A stretch of DNA of 32,000 bases from Breznakia sp. PF5-3 (GTDB lineage: Bacteria; Bacillota_I; Bacilli_A; Erysipelotrichales; Erysipelotrichaceae). Below are positions 1 to 6,577 of this stretch, piece after piece (position 1 is the stretch's first letter; each line of letters begins with the position of its first letter). The position numbers and the translations under genes are program-made. The notes beneath the pieces are model-generated. The model did no database searches. It had not been told where the DNA came from and saw only the letters and a list, made by a program, of their open reading frames with translations. Where the stretch lies: positions 1-32,000 of the forward strand of contig NZ_JAQFIQ010000026.1 in the NCBI RefSeq assembly GCF_029504745.1, in the 5' to 3' direction.

Positions 1-168
1 TGAGATCAATCATTTTATTTAAGTTCATCCTCCTGATGATTTCAAGAACTGTGATACTAATATCCGTTAATTCAACACTGTCGCTAAAAGAAAAGTTATA
101 TTCTAGTAGCATATATGGTTGATATGTTGTATAATTTTCTCGGTTAGTTAGCACAAATATACTATACC

Positions 169-209
169 AAAAAGAACGTCTTTTCTCATCTCGAGATTAG
201 GCGTTCTTT
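169..209 (-). terminator. Rho-independent terminator ending the meta-cleavage operon (usable in both directions)
   Basis: Arms 172-180 (aagaacgtc) and 200-208 (ggcgttctt) pair 8/9. The loop contains the CTCGAG palindrome. The minus-strand RNA then reads a UUCUUUUU tract. It sits 36 nt past the aldolase stop. Confidence 0.5.
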
Positions 210-244
210 TTATTTTAGGTCTGTTTATTTGTCACAGCCCCTTC

Positions 245-1252
245 TTATTTTTCTAAAGATAATTGATATGCAACATCAATTATCATATCTTCTTGTCCAC
301 CCACCATCTTACGTTTTCCTAACTCAACTAAAATATCTCTTGGTTCTAATTGAAATTTTTCAGCTGCTCTTTTCACATGTAAGAAGAAACTTGAATATAC
401 ACCTGCATATCCTACCATCAAGGAAGTTTCATCAATTATTTGTGGACGCTTCATCAACGGTGTTACAACATCTTTCGCAATGTCCATAAGACCATAAAAG
501 TTTAATTTTGTATCATAACCTTTCAGATCCAATACACCAGCTAATACTTCAAGTTGTGTATTTCCAGCTCCTGCTCCCAATCCACAAAGGGTTCCATCTA
601 CATAGGTTGCCCCTGCTTCAATGGCTGCTAGTGTATTTCCCATGGCTAATGCTAAATTGTTATGTGCATGAAAGCCTACTGGAATAGACACTTCTTCACA
701 AACTTTAGAAATAATTGCTTTCACATTTTCTGGCAGTAAATGTCCTGCTGAATCAGCAATATTAATATAATCAGCTCCATAACTTTCCATAAGTTTTGCT
801 TGTTCTGCAACTTTTTCAGGTGTAGCCATGTGTGCTAACATCAAAAAGCCTACCGCAGTCATTCCTAAAGCTTTCGCTGCTTCAATGTGTTGTTTACTAA
901 TATCAGCTTCTGTTACGTGCGTTGCTACACGTACCGCCTTTACACCACAGTGTTCATGTACATACTTTAAATCTTCTACCGTTCCAATACCTGGCAGTAA
1001 TAATACGGTTAATTTTCCATTCTTGATAACTTCATTTGCTGACTTTAATAATTCAATTTCTGAAGTTTCAATAAATCCATAATTATATGAGGATCCTTGG
1101 ATTCCATCTCCATGTGATAACTCAATGAACTCGACTCCACATGCATCTAATCCACCTGCAATTTTTCGTACTTCTTCACATGAAAAGGAATGCCCTATCG
1201 CATGACTTCCATCACGTAATGTTGTATCAACAACATGTATCCGCTTTGTCAT
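245..1252 (-). CDS. 4-hydroxy-2-oxovalerate aldolase (DmpG/MhpE/BphI family)
   Basis: 335-aa ORF. 'VVDTTLRDGSHA' and 'GFHAHNNLALAMGNTLAA' are metal-site contexts of the HMGL-like TIM barrel, and a DmpG-type C-terminal domain follows. The start overlaps the stop of the upstream dehydrogenase gene (TAATG), as in dmpFG/mhpFE. Confidence 0.9.
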   Translation of the reverse strand: MTKRIHVVDTTLRDGSHAIGHSFSCEEVRKIAGGLDACGVEFIELSHGDGIQGSSYNYGFIETSEIELLKSANEVIKNGKLTVLLLPGIGTVEDLKYVHEHCGVKAVRVATHVTEADISKQHIEAAKALGMTAVGFLMLAHMATPEKVAEQAKLMESYGADYINIADSAGHLLPENVKAIISKVCEEVSIPVGFHAHNNLALAMGNTLAAIEAGATYVDGTLCGLGAGAGNTQLEVLAGVLDLKGYDTKLNFYGLMDIAKDVVTPLMKRPQIIDETSLMVGYAGVYSSFFLHVKRAAEKFQLEPRDILVELGKRKMVGGQEDMIIDVAYQLSLEK

Positions 1253-2133
1253 TATGATTCCTCCTTTTCTAATTTCTGTGCAATTTGTTCAGCTGCACGA
1301 ATAGCAGCTGCATTAATAATATCTAAATTTCCTGAATATGTTGGTAGGAAATCCCCTTGTCCTTCTACCTCAACTCCCACAGTTACTTTATCTCCATCTA
1401 AGATTGGTGGAACACGCAATTTATAACCTGGGACATATTGTTGAATCTCTTCTACTATTTCATTTATAGATGCACTTATTTCTTCAAGTGACACACTTGT
1501 GTCTTTGATTTTCACATAGATTGTATTCGTCATCATAATTGGTGGTTCTGCAGGATTTAAGATGATAATTGCTTTCCCTTTATCTGCTCCACCAACTTTC
1601 TCAATAGCTTTGGCTGTCGTTTCTGTAAACTCATCAATATTTGCACGCGTTCCAGGACCAGCACTCATTGAAGAAATACATGCAACGATTTCTGCATATT
1701 TTGCTCCAGCTACTCTAGAAACAGCATAAACGATTGGAATTGTTGCTTGCCCTCCACAAGTAACCAAATTTATATTCTGAGAATCTTTCTCCATCAACTT
1801 TTCTAAATTCACTGATGGAACCATATATGGTCCAACTGCTGCTGGAGTTAAATCAACAGCTATTTTACCAGCTTCCTTCAACAAAGGTGCATGTTTCAAA
1901 TGTGCTGCTGCACTTGTTGCATCAAATACGATTTGAATATCTTTTTCTTTCAAAACACCATTTACACCATCTGTTGTCGTTTGAATGCCCAATGATTTCG
2001 CCCTTTTGATCCCTTCGGATTCAACAATTCCTGCCATCATTGCCATTTCTAAATGTTCGCTACGCAAGATCTTGTACATTAAATCGCTACCAATATTTCC
2101 TGGTCCGATTACTGCTACTTTAATTTTTTTCAT
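1252..2133 (-). CDS. Acetaldehyde dehydrogenase (acetylating), DmpF/MhpF family
   Basis: 293-aa ORF. It has the N-terminal Rossmann motif '[14 protein letters not shown]' and the catalytic-Cys context '[12 protein letters not shown]'. It is translationally coupled to the aldolase gene. Confidence 0.9.
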   Translation of the reverse strand: MKKIKVAVIGPGNIGSDLMYKILRSEHLEMAMMAGIVESEGIKRAKSLGIQTTTDGVNGVLKEKDIQIVFDATSAAAHLKHAPLLKEAGKIAVDLTPAAVGPYMVPSVNLEKLMEKDSQNINLVTCGGQATIPIVYAVSRVAGAKYAEIVACISSMSAGPGTRANIDEFTETTAKAIEKVGGADKGKAIIILNPAEPPIMMTNTIYVKIKDTSVSLEEISASINEIVEEIQQYVPGYKLRVPPILDGDKVTVGVEVEGQGDFLPTYSGNLDIINAAAIRAAEQIAQKLEKEES

Positions 2134-2142
2134 AATCTGCTG

Positions 2143-2916
2143 TTATTCAAAGCGACAAACAACACTACCTAAGGTTGTAAATTTAGCTTCAAATACGTCT
2201 CCTTTCACTGCTGGCAAAGCCGCAGAAAAGGCACCAGATAAAACAACTTCACCTTTCTTCAACGGAATATTAAACTCTCCCATTTTATTCGCCAACCAAG
2301 CTACACAAAATGCAGGATCCCCTAAAACATCAACCCCACTGCCCTTGTTGACCAATTCATTATTTTTATAAAACTCCATTTGTAGTTCCTTTAAATTACA
2401 AGCACTTGGTTCTAATCGAATCTTACCTAAGCAATATCCACCAAATGATGCATTATCAGCAACAGTATCTACCAGTTTTATGTTCCAATCTGCAATACGG
2501 CTATCAACAATTTCAAGTGCAGCTTGTACATAATCTGTTTTTTCTAAGACTTCTTCTACTGTTACATTAGGACCAATTAAATCTTCTTTCAATACAAATG
2601 CAACTTCACCTTCCACTTTTGGTTGAATAAATAAACTACTATCCACGTTTTCTTCAAAATATACATCTGAAAAAAGATGACCATAATCTGGTTCATTCAC
2701 TTGGAACATGTTTTGCATCGCTAAAGAGGTTAAGCCAATTTTTTTACCTGAAATCACTCTACCTTCATCTACAAAATGATCAATATTTGTTAACTGTATA
2801 CGATACGCATCAACAACATCGATGTCATAATTATCTGATAAAGGAGCAATCGCTTGTCTTTCTTTTTGTGCCTTATATAATTGCTCTGCCAAATTTTTAT
2901 ATAATTCCTTATTCAT
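2143..2916 (-). CDS. 2-oxopent-4-enoate (2-keto-4-pentenoate) hydratase, MhpD/DmpE family
   Basis: 257-aa ORF of the FAH-fold hydratase/decarboxylase family (N-terminal 'AIAPLSD', 'GKKIGLTS', 'EGEVAFVLKEDL'). It is the only member of this family in the operon, so I call it the hydratase rather than 4-oxalocrotonate decarboxylase. Gaps to neighbours are 9 nt and 5 nt. Confidence 0.8.
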   Translation of the reverse strand: MNKELYKNLAEQLYKAQKERQAIAPLSDNYDIDVVDAYRIQLTNIDHFVDEGRVISGKKIGLTSLAMQNMFQVNEPDYGHLFSDVYFEENVDSSLFIQPKVEGEVAFVLKEDLIGPNVTVEEVLEKTDYVQAALEIVDSRIADWNIKLVDTVADNASFGGYCLGKIRLEPSACNLKELQMEFYKNNELVNKGSGVDVLGDPAFCVAWLANKMGEFNIPLKKGEVVLSGAFSAALPAVKGDVFEAKFTTLGSVVCRFE

Positions 2917-2921
2917 AAGGA

Positions 2922-3740
2922 TTACTCCGCTAAGAAGTTTGCTACTAAAGTATTAAACTTACCTGCTTGTTCAATTTGTGTCCAATGTCCACAATGACCA
3001 AATACATGTAATTGAGCATCATCAATCAAATTGATTAACTTATAAGAATTCGAAATTGGAATAACCATATCTTCACGTCCGTGAACGATCAATGTATGAT
3101 GTTTAATTTTAGCAATTTCTTCATCTGGATAAGCCATAAAGTCTACCCATTCTTGTCTTGGTTCTGGGAACATTGCTGCAAACGATTCTTGAAATCCTGG
3201 TTCAATACTTGCTTCATAACGCATTTTTGCCAAATCATCTGTTGCAATCGATTTATCATATACGAATAAATTCAACATTTCTTTCATGTTTTCCACTGAT
3301 GGTGTGTATCCCCAAACAGAATCTAGGCCTGGTGATATCTCAAAATTAACTCCCATTGCACCCATTAGTACCATTCTACGAATACGGTGTGGATGTTCAA
3401 TTGCCAACGCAATTGCTAATGCACCTCCAAAAGAATTTCCAACGATATCAGTTTGTTCAATTCCTAGTGCATCTAAAAAGTCAATCGCTTGTTGTACCCA
3501 AGTTTTCATATTTAACTCAATACCTTCAGGACGATCTGTATATCCAAAACCTACCATATCTGGTGCTAATACACGTGAATTTTTTGATAATTCTGGGATA
3601 ACTAATCGCCAGTTTGCCCAGGCAGAAACACCTGGTCCTGAACCATGTGCCAATAGTAATGGGAAACCTTCCCCTTGGTCATGATAATTTGTGTTAAACG
3701 TTCCTGTTTTAATTGTTTTTGCTATTTCTGGTCTTGTCAT
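2922..3740 (-). CDS. Meta-cleavage product C-C hydrolase (alpha/beta hydrolase; XylF/DmpD/MhpC/BphD family)
   Basis: 272 aa. It has the 'HGSGPG' oxyanion region, the nucleophile elbow 'GNSFGG' and the catalytic-His context 'GHCGHWTQIE'. A GGAGG SD lies 5 nt upstream of the ATG. Confidence 0.8.
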   Translation of the reverse strand: MTRPEIAKTIKTGTFNTNYHDQGEGFPLLLAHGSGPGVSAWANWRLVIPELSKNSRVLAPDMVGFGYTDRPEGIELNMKTWVQQAIDFLDALGIEQTDIVGNSFGGALAIALAIEHPHRIRRMVLMGAMGVNFEISPGLDSVWGYTPSVENMKEMLNLFVYDKSIATDDLAKMRYEASIEPGFQESFAAMFPEPRQEWVDFMAYPDEEIAKIKHHTLIVHGREDMVIPISNSYKLINLIDDAQLHVFGHCGHWTQIEQAGKFNTLVANFLAE

Positions 3741-3760
3741 AATTTCCTCCTATATATCCA

Positions 3761-3807
3761 AATAAGCAGAAGACAACAGTCTTCACTGTTGTCCGATCTG
3801 GCTTATT
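3761..3807 (-). promoter_or_regulatory. Large intercistronic stem-loop between the dioxygenase and hydrolase genes (no U-tract)
   Basis: Perfect 9-bp inner stem 3772-3780/3785-3793 with a 4-nt loop. Outer helices 3761-3767/3801-3807 and 3768-3770/3797-3799 add to about 19 bp in total. It starts immediately after the dioxygenase stop (3808) and ends 10 nt before the hydrolase SD. Confidence 0.5.
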
Positions 3808-4743
3808 TTAAGTAATTACCTCTAAGTAATTTTCTTTCAGCTTACGATCATAATAGAAGATTCCTTTTCCTAATTGATCGAAATCCCATACACGGACCGG
3901 CATATCTGGATAGTATGCATATCCACCTGCAAATAATTCACAGCGGTTTCCTGATGGATCAAAGAAGTATAATGTATATCCTCTTGTAATCCCATGACGC
4001 ATAGGTCCAGCATCAATCATAACATTATTAATTGTTAAGATATCAGCAGCACGTCCTACTTCTGTCCATGAATTCAACTTAAATGCTAAGTGGTGAATCT
4101 TCCCTGGTTGGTCAAATTCCAACACTGCCACATCATGTGGACGATTAGAACCTGTTAACCAAGTACAAGCATCACCTTCACCATCTGGTGTTTTAGCAAC
4201 CTCTGCTACACCTAATCCTAGGACTTCTTTCATATAACGAACTGCTTCTGCTGAATTTGGTCCAAACAACAATGCGTGGTCTACCATCGTAGCTCCACAA
4301 CCTTTTGGTTGTTTTCCTCCTGGCCAAATATCTGGATTATGTAAATCTGGATGATTTTCTGCCATTTCTACTTCAGCAAACAAGTCGATCCTATGTCCTG
4401 TTGGTAGTTGAACAGCAAGACGTTTTCCATAACCTGGTTGATCAGTATTTGCTGCGATTACCTCATAAGGTAATCCAAATTCTTTTGTTTTCTCTTCAAT
4501 TTCATTTAAAGCATCTGGACAAGATACTTTAAAAGCTAAAAAGTCTAAGCCTGGCTTATCAGCCAATCGCAAAGTGAATGTATGATGATCGAATTCATCA
4601 TATCCTTTCATACACACTTTTCCATCTGTTGTTCTACACACTTCTTCTAAACCTAAGATATCGCGATAGAACTTCACTGAGTCTTCCATATTTAAAACTC
4701 TGATTTGCATCATCGATGCACGTAATACACCTTTAATTGCCAT
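3808..4743 (-). CDS. Type I (VOC/glyoxalase-fold) extradiol dioxygenase, catechol 2,3-dioxygenase-like
   Basis: The ORF-track start (4806) overlaps the ferredoxin gene. I chose the internal ATG at 4743, which has a GGAGAA SD (311 aa). The protein has two VOC modules. Fe(II) ligand contexts are 'VDHALL', 'IHHLAFKL' and 'FFDPSGNRCELF'. Confidence 0.85.
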   Translation of the reverse strand: MAIKGVLRASMMQIRVLNMEDSVKFYRDILGLEEVCRTTDGKVCMKGYDEFDHHTFTLRLADKPGLDFLAFKVSCPDALNEIEEKTKEFGLPYEVIAANTDQPGYGKRLAVQLPTGHRIDLFAEVEMAENHPDLHNPDIWPGGKQPKGCGATMVDHALLFGPNSAEAVRYMKEVLGLGVAEVAKTPDGEGDACTWLTGSNRPHDVAVLEFDQPGKIHHLAFKLNSWTEVGRAADILTINNVMIDAGPMRHGITRGYTLYFFDPSGNRCELFAGGYAYYPDMPVRVWDFDQLGKGIFYYDRKLKENYLEVIT

Positions 4744-4765
4744 TTTTCGTTCTCCTATTAATTTT

Positions 4766-5041
4766 CTATAGAATCGATATTTCCATATTGCTTCGTGGTT
4801 GTACACAACAAGCTAATAATTTATCATCCGACTCCTTATTAATATGCTCCTTACTCATTCTACGTATGATTTCATACACTCCTTTTTCCACTCGAATTAA
4901 ACAACGTCCACATCCTCCACCAAAACAACCGAAGACAATGTCTTGCATATTATTTCGATATAAAGCATTTAATAACGTTTCATCTTCATAACATGAGATA
5001 TTCGTTTTTTCTTTTATCGAAATAACATATTGCTTTCTCAT
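4766..5041 (-). CDS. Plant-type [2Fe-2S] ferredoxin, XylT/DmpQ-like
   Basis: 91 aa. 'C-FGGG-C-GR-C' gives CX4CX2C, and a distal Cys pair ('LLACCVQP') follows. Its position directly 5' of the extradiol dioxygenase matches xylT/dmpQ. The ATG overlaps the IclR stop (ATGA). Confidence 0.75.
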   Translation of the reverse strand: MRKQYVISIKEKTNISCYEDETLLNALYRNNMQDIVFGCFGGGCGRCLIRVEKGVYEIIRRMSKEHINKESDDKLLACCVQPRSNMEISIL

Positions 5042-5820
5042 TTTCGATATCCTAATTTCCTTGAAATTTCTTGGCTTGCAGTTAATAGTAAATCCCGATA
5101 ATGGTCAATTACTTCATCTTTCATTCGTGAAAGGGGACCAGAAATACTCAAAGAAAAGATAACGCGATGATTGTGATCAAAAATTGGTGCAGCCACACAA
5201 CGTAATCCATCTAAGAATTCTTGATTGTCGTATGCATAACCTAATGTTTTGATTTTATTCAATTCTCTTTTTATGCCTTCTTCGTCTATAATCGTGTGTT
5301 CTGTGTATTTTGTTAATTCATAGGAATTCAAAATGTTATGGATTTCTTTCTCATTACTGAATGCCAATAACACTTTCCCAACACCTGTACAGTGCAAAGG
5401 TAGTTTTGCCCCTGGAGCGGTTGCAATGCGTATGGAACTATTTGCTTCTTGCTTATCCACATACAGCACTTCACCATTACTTAACATTGCTAAATGTATT
5501 GTTTCTCCAGTTTCTTCAACTAACTTCTCCATATAAGGTTTTGCTATTGCTTTTTCATTCCATGTATTTGCTATCTGACTTCCAAGTTCAAACAATTGAA
5601 CACCAAGTTTATATTTCCCAGTGTTTTGATCCTGCTCTAAATAGCGAATATTCACTAAGGTTGACAACAAACCATGTAACGTACTTTTTGCAATACCCAA
5701 ACGCTCCGATAGTTCACTCAAAGACAACGAGGAACGTTCAAATGCAATAACATCAATAATCTTGCTTGCTTTCACAATAGATTTGATATTATTTTTACCT
5801 TCAATAGTTTCCTTCATCAT
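5038..5820 (-). CDS. IclR-family transcriptional regulator (MhpR-like position)
   Basis: About 260 aa. It has an N-terminal wHTH ('LSLSELSERLGIAKSTLHGLLSTL') and an IclR effector domain. I rejected the 55-aa N-terminal extension in the ORF track because ATGATG at 5820/5817 follows a GAGGAGG SD. Confidence 0.85.
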   Translation of the reverse strand: MMKETIEGKNNIKSIVKASKIIDVIAFERSSLSLSELSERLGIAKSTLHGLLSTLVNIRYLEQDQNTGKYKLGVQLFELGSQIANTWNEKAIAKPYMEKLVEETGETIHLAMLSNGEVLYVDKQEANSSIRIATAPGAKLPLHCTGVGKVLLAFSNEKEIHNILNSYELTKYTEHTIIDEEGIKRELNKIKTLGYAYDNQEFLDGLRCVAAPIFDHNHRVIFSLSISGPLSRMKDEVIDHYRDLLLTASQEISRKLGYRK

Positions 5821-5845
5821 CAACCTCCTCTCAAAACCTAATTTC

Positions 5846-5859
5846 AGAATTGCAATTCT
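5846..5859. promoter_or_regulatory. Perfect 14-bp palindrome AGAATTGCAATTCT, candidate operator
   Basis: The 7+7 perfect inverted repeat was read directly. It lies about +3 to +16 relative to the TSS predicted from the TATAAT at 5869-5874. Confidence 0.35.
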
Positions 5860-5868
5860 TACAATTAC

Positions 5869-5897
5869 ATTATATTGAAAGCGTTTCCAAATGTATA
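5869..5897 (-). promoter_or_regulatory. Candidate sigma-A promoter of the iclR-led operon
   Basis: Minus strand reads TATACA-N17-TATAAT. The -10 is a perfect consensus and the -35 matches 4/6. Confidence 0.4.
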
Positions 5898-5914
5898 TGC
5901 TTTTTTCATATTTT

Positions 5915-5927
5915 CGAATACTATTCG
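5915..5927. promoter_or_regulatory. 13-bp palindrome CGAATA-C-TATTCG, with a third CGAATA half-site at 5935-5940
   Basis: Perfect 6+6 inverted repeat upstream of the predicted -35, with one extra direct copy of the half-site 8 nt further upstream. Confidence 0.3.
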
Positions 5928-5956
5928 TCATTGCCGAATAAGGTGATGCATTCATA

Positions 5957-5982
5957 TAAAAAAAGCAGTAAATTACTGCTTT
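5957..5982 (-). terminator. Rho-independent terminator after the SUKH gene
   Basis: The AAAGCAGTA/TACTGCTTT stem (5962-5982) is followed on the minus-strand RNA by a U7 tract. It sits 26 nt past the stop at 6008. Confidence 0.7.
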
Positions 5983-6007
5983 CATTTTTTACTATATTTA
6001 CCCTTAT

Positions 6008-6568
6008 CTATTTTTGATTAAGTGCATCATTTATCATGGTAAGTGATGTTTTAAGAACTTCAGAAATATCTTCTGCCACAAAACAAACTTCTTTACTAGC
6101 AAAGCGATATTCTAAAATTTGGCCAACATTACCATTTTTAGATGGTATAAAATCAAGCATTAAAAAGGATGCATTATCATATGTTGCAAAAGGAAACCAC
6201 TTCTTATTTGCACTATATGCTTGAATTTCTTTATCTTTCGGTTTTGAATTTGATGGGATATCTTCATTTTGAATATGCATCTTCAATTCTACAATTCCCG
6301 CCAACGGTAACAAACGATATCCTTGCTTTTCTTGAATACTGAAAATTTCTAATACCCCACTACCATTCTTATATTTATATATTTCTTCCATTGCCTTTGG
6401 TAGTTTAATATCAAAAAGTTCTTCAAAATCATGCAATTCAATTTCATCTACACCACCAATCCGCATATAAGCCTGTAAAATTTGAGAATCAAGTTCTTCT
6501 CCATTTACAACTTTTCCTTTTACAAAATACAATTGTTCAATATCTCTAATTATCTGTATATTTTCCAT
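6008..6568 (-). CDS. SMI1/KNR4 (SUKH-1) family protein
   Basis: 186 aa. 'FDIKLPKAMEEIYKYKNGSG' and 'WFPFATYDNASFLMLDF...GQILEY' fit the two conserved SUKH-1 blocks. Its AGGAG SD contains the TAG stop of the upstream lipoprotein gene. Confidence 0.6.
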   Translation of the reverse strand: MENIQIIRDIEQLYFVKGKVVNGEELDSQILQAYMRIGGVDEIELHDFEELFDIKLPKAMEEIYKYKNGSGVLEIFSIQEKQGYRLLPLAGIVELKMHIQNEDIPSNSKPKDKEIQAYSANKKWFPFATYDNASFLMLDFIPSKNGNVGQILEYRFASKEVCFVAEDISEVLKTSLTMINDALNQK

Positions 6569-6577
6569 TTCATACTC

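Noticed and set aside
1-28. Possible 5' end of a minus-strand gene running off the left edge (ATG at 26-28 or 11-13, GGAGG at 29-33).
   Set aside because: At most 9 codons are visible. SD spacing is 0 nt for the first ATG and 15 nt for the second, so neither is convincing and the gene cannot be supported.
3772-3780. The 9-mer gacaacagt occurs both in the operon hairpin (3772-3780) and in the WYL/GyrI spacer (12949-12957), which hints at a dispersed repeat family.
   Set aside because: A single shared 9-mer in 32 kb (both strands) is roughly what chance predicts, and the flanking sequences do not align.
4744-4806. N-terminal extensions offered by the ORF track. Examples: dioxygenase to 4806, IclR to 5985, lipoprotein to 8881, small lipoprotein to 18177, gpmA from 18278, threonine aldolase to 21974, ABC-F to 24741, histidine phosphatase to 29202.
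   Set aside because: In each case an internal ATG is preceded by a good GGAGG-type SD at 4-9 nt and gives the family-typical N-terminus or signal peptide. The extended versions overlap neighbouring genes, terminators or promoters.
828-5750. Long plus-strand ORFs inside the meta-cleavage operon, for example 828-1082, 1985-2371, 3286-3684 and 5361-5750 (up to 132 aa).
   Set aside because: They lie antisense to well-supported enzyme genes. They have no SD, their composition is odd (Cys/Ser/Pro/Ile-rich) and they carry no motifs. They are expected by chance, because the operon is GC-richer and the antisense frames have fewer stops.
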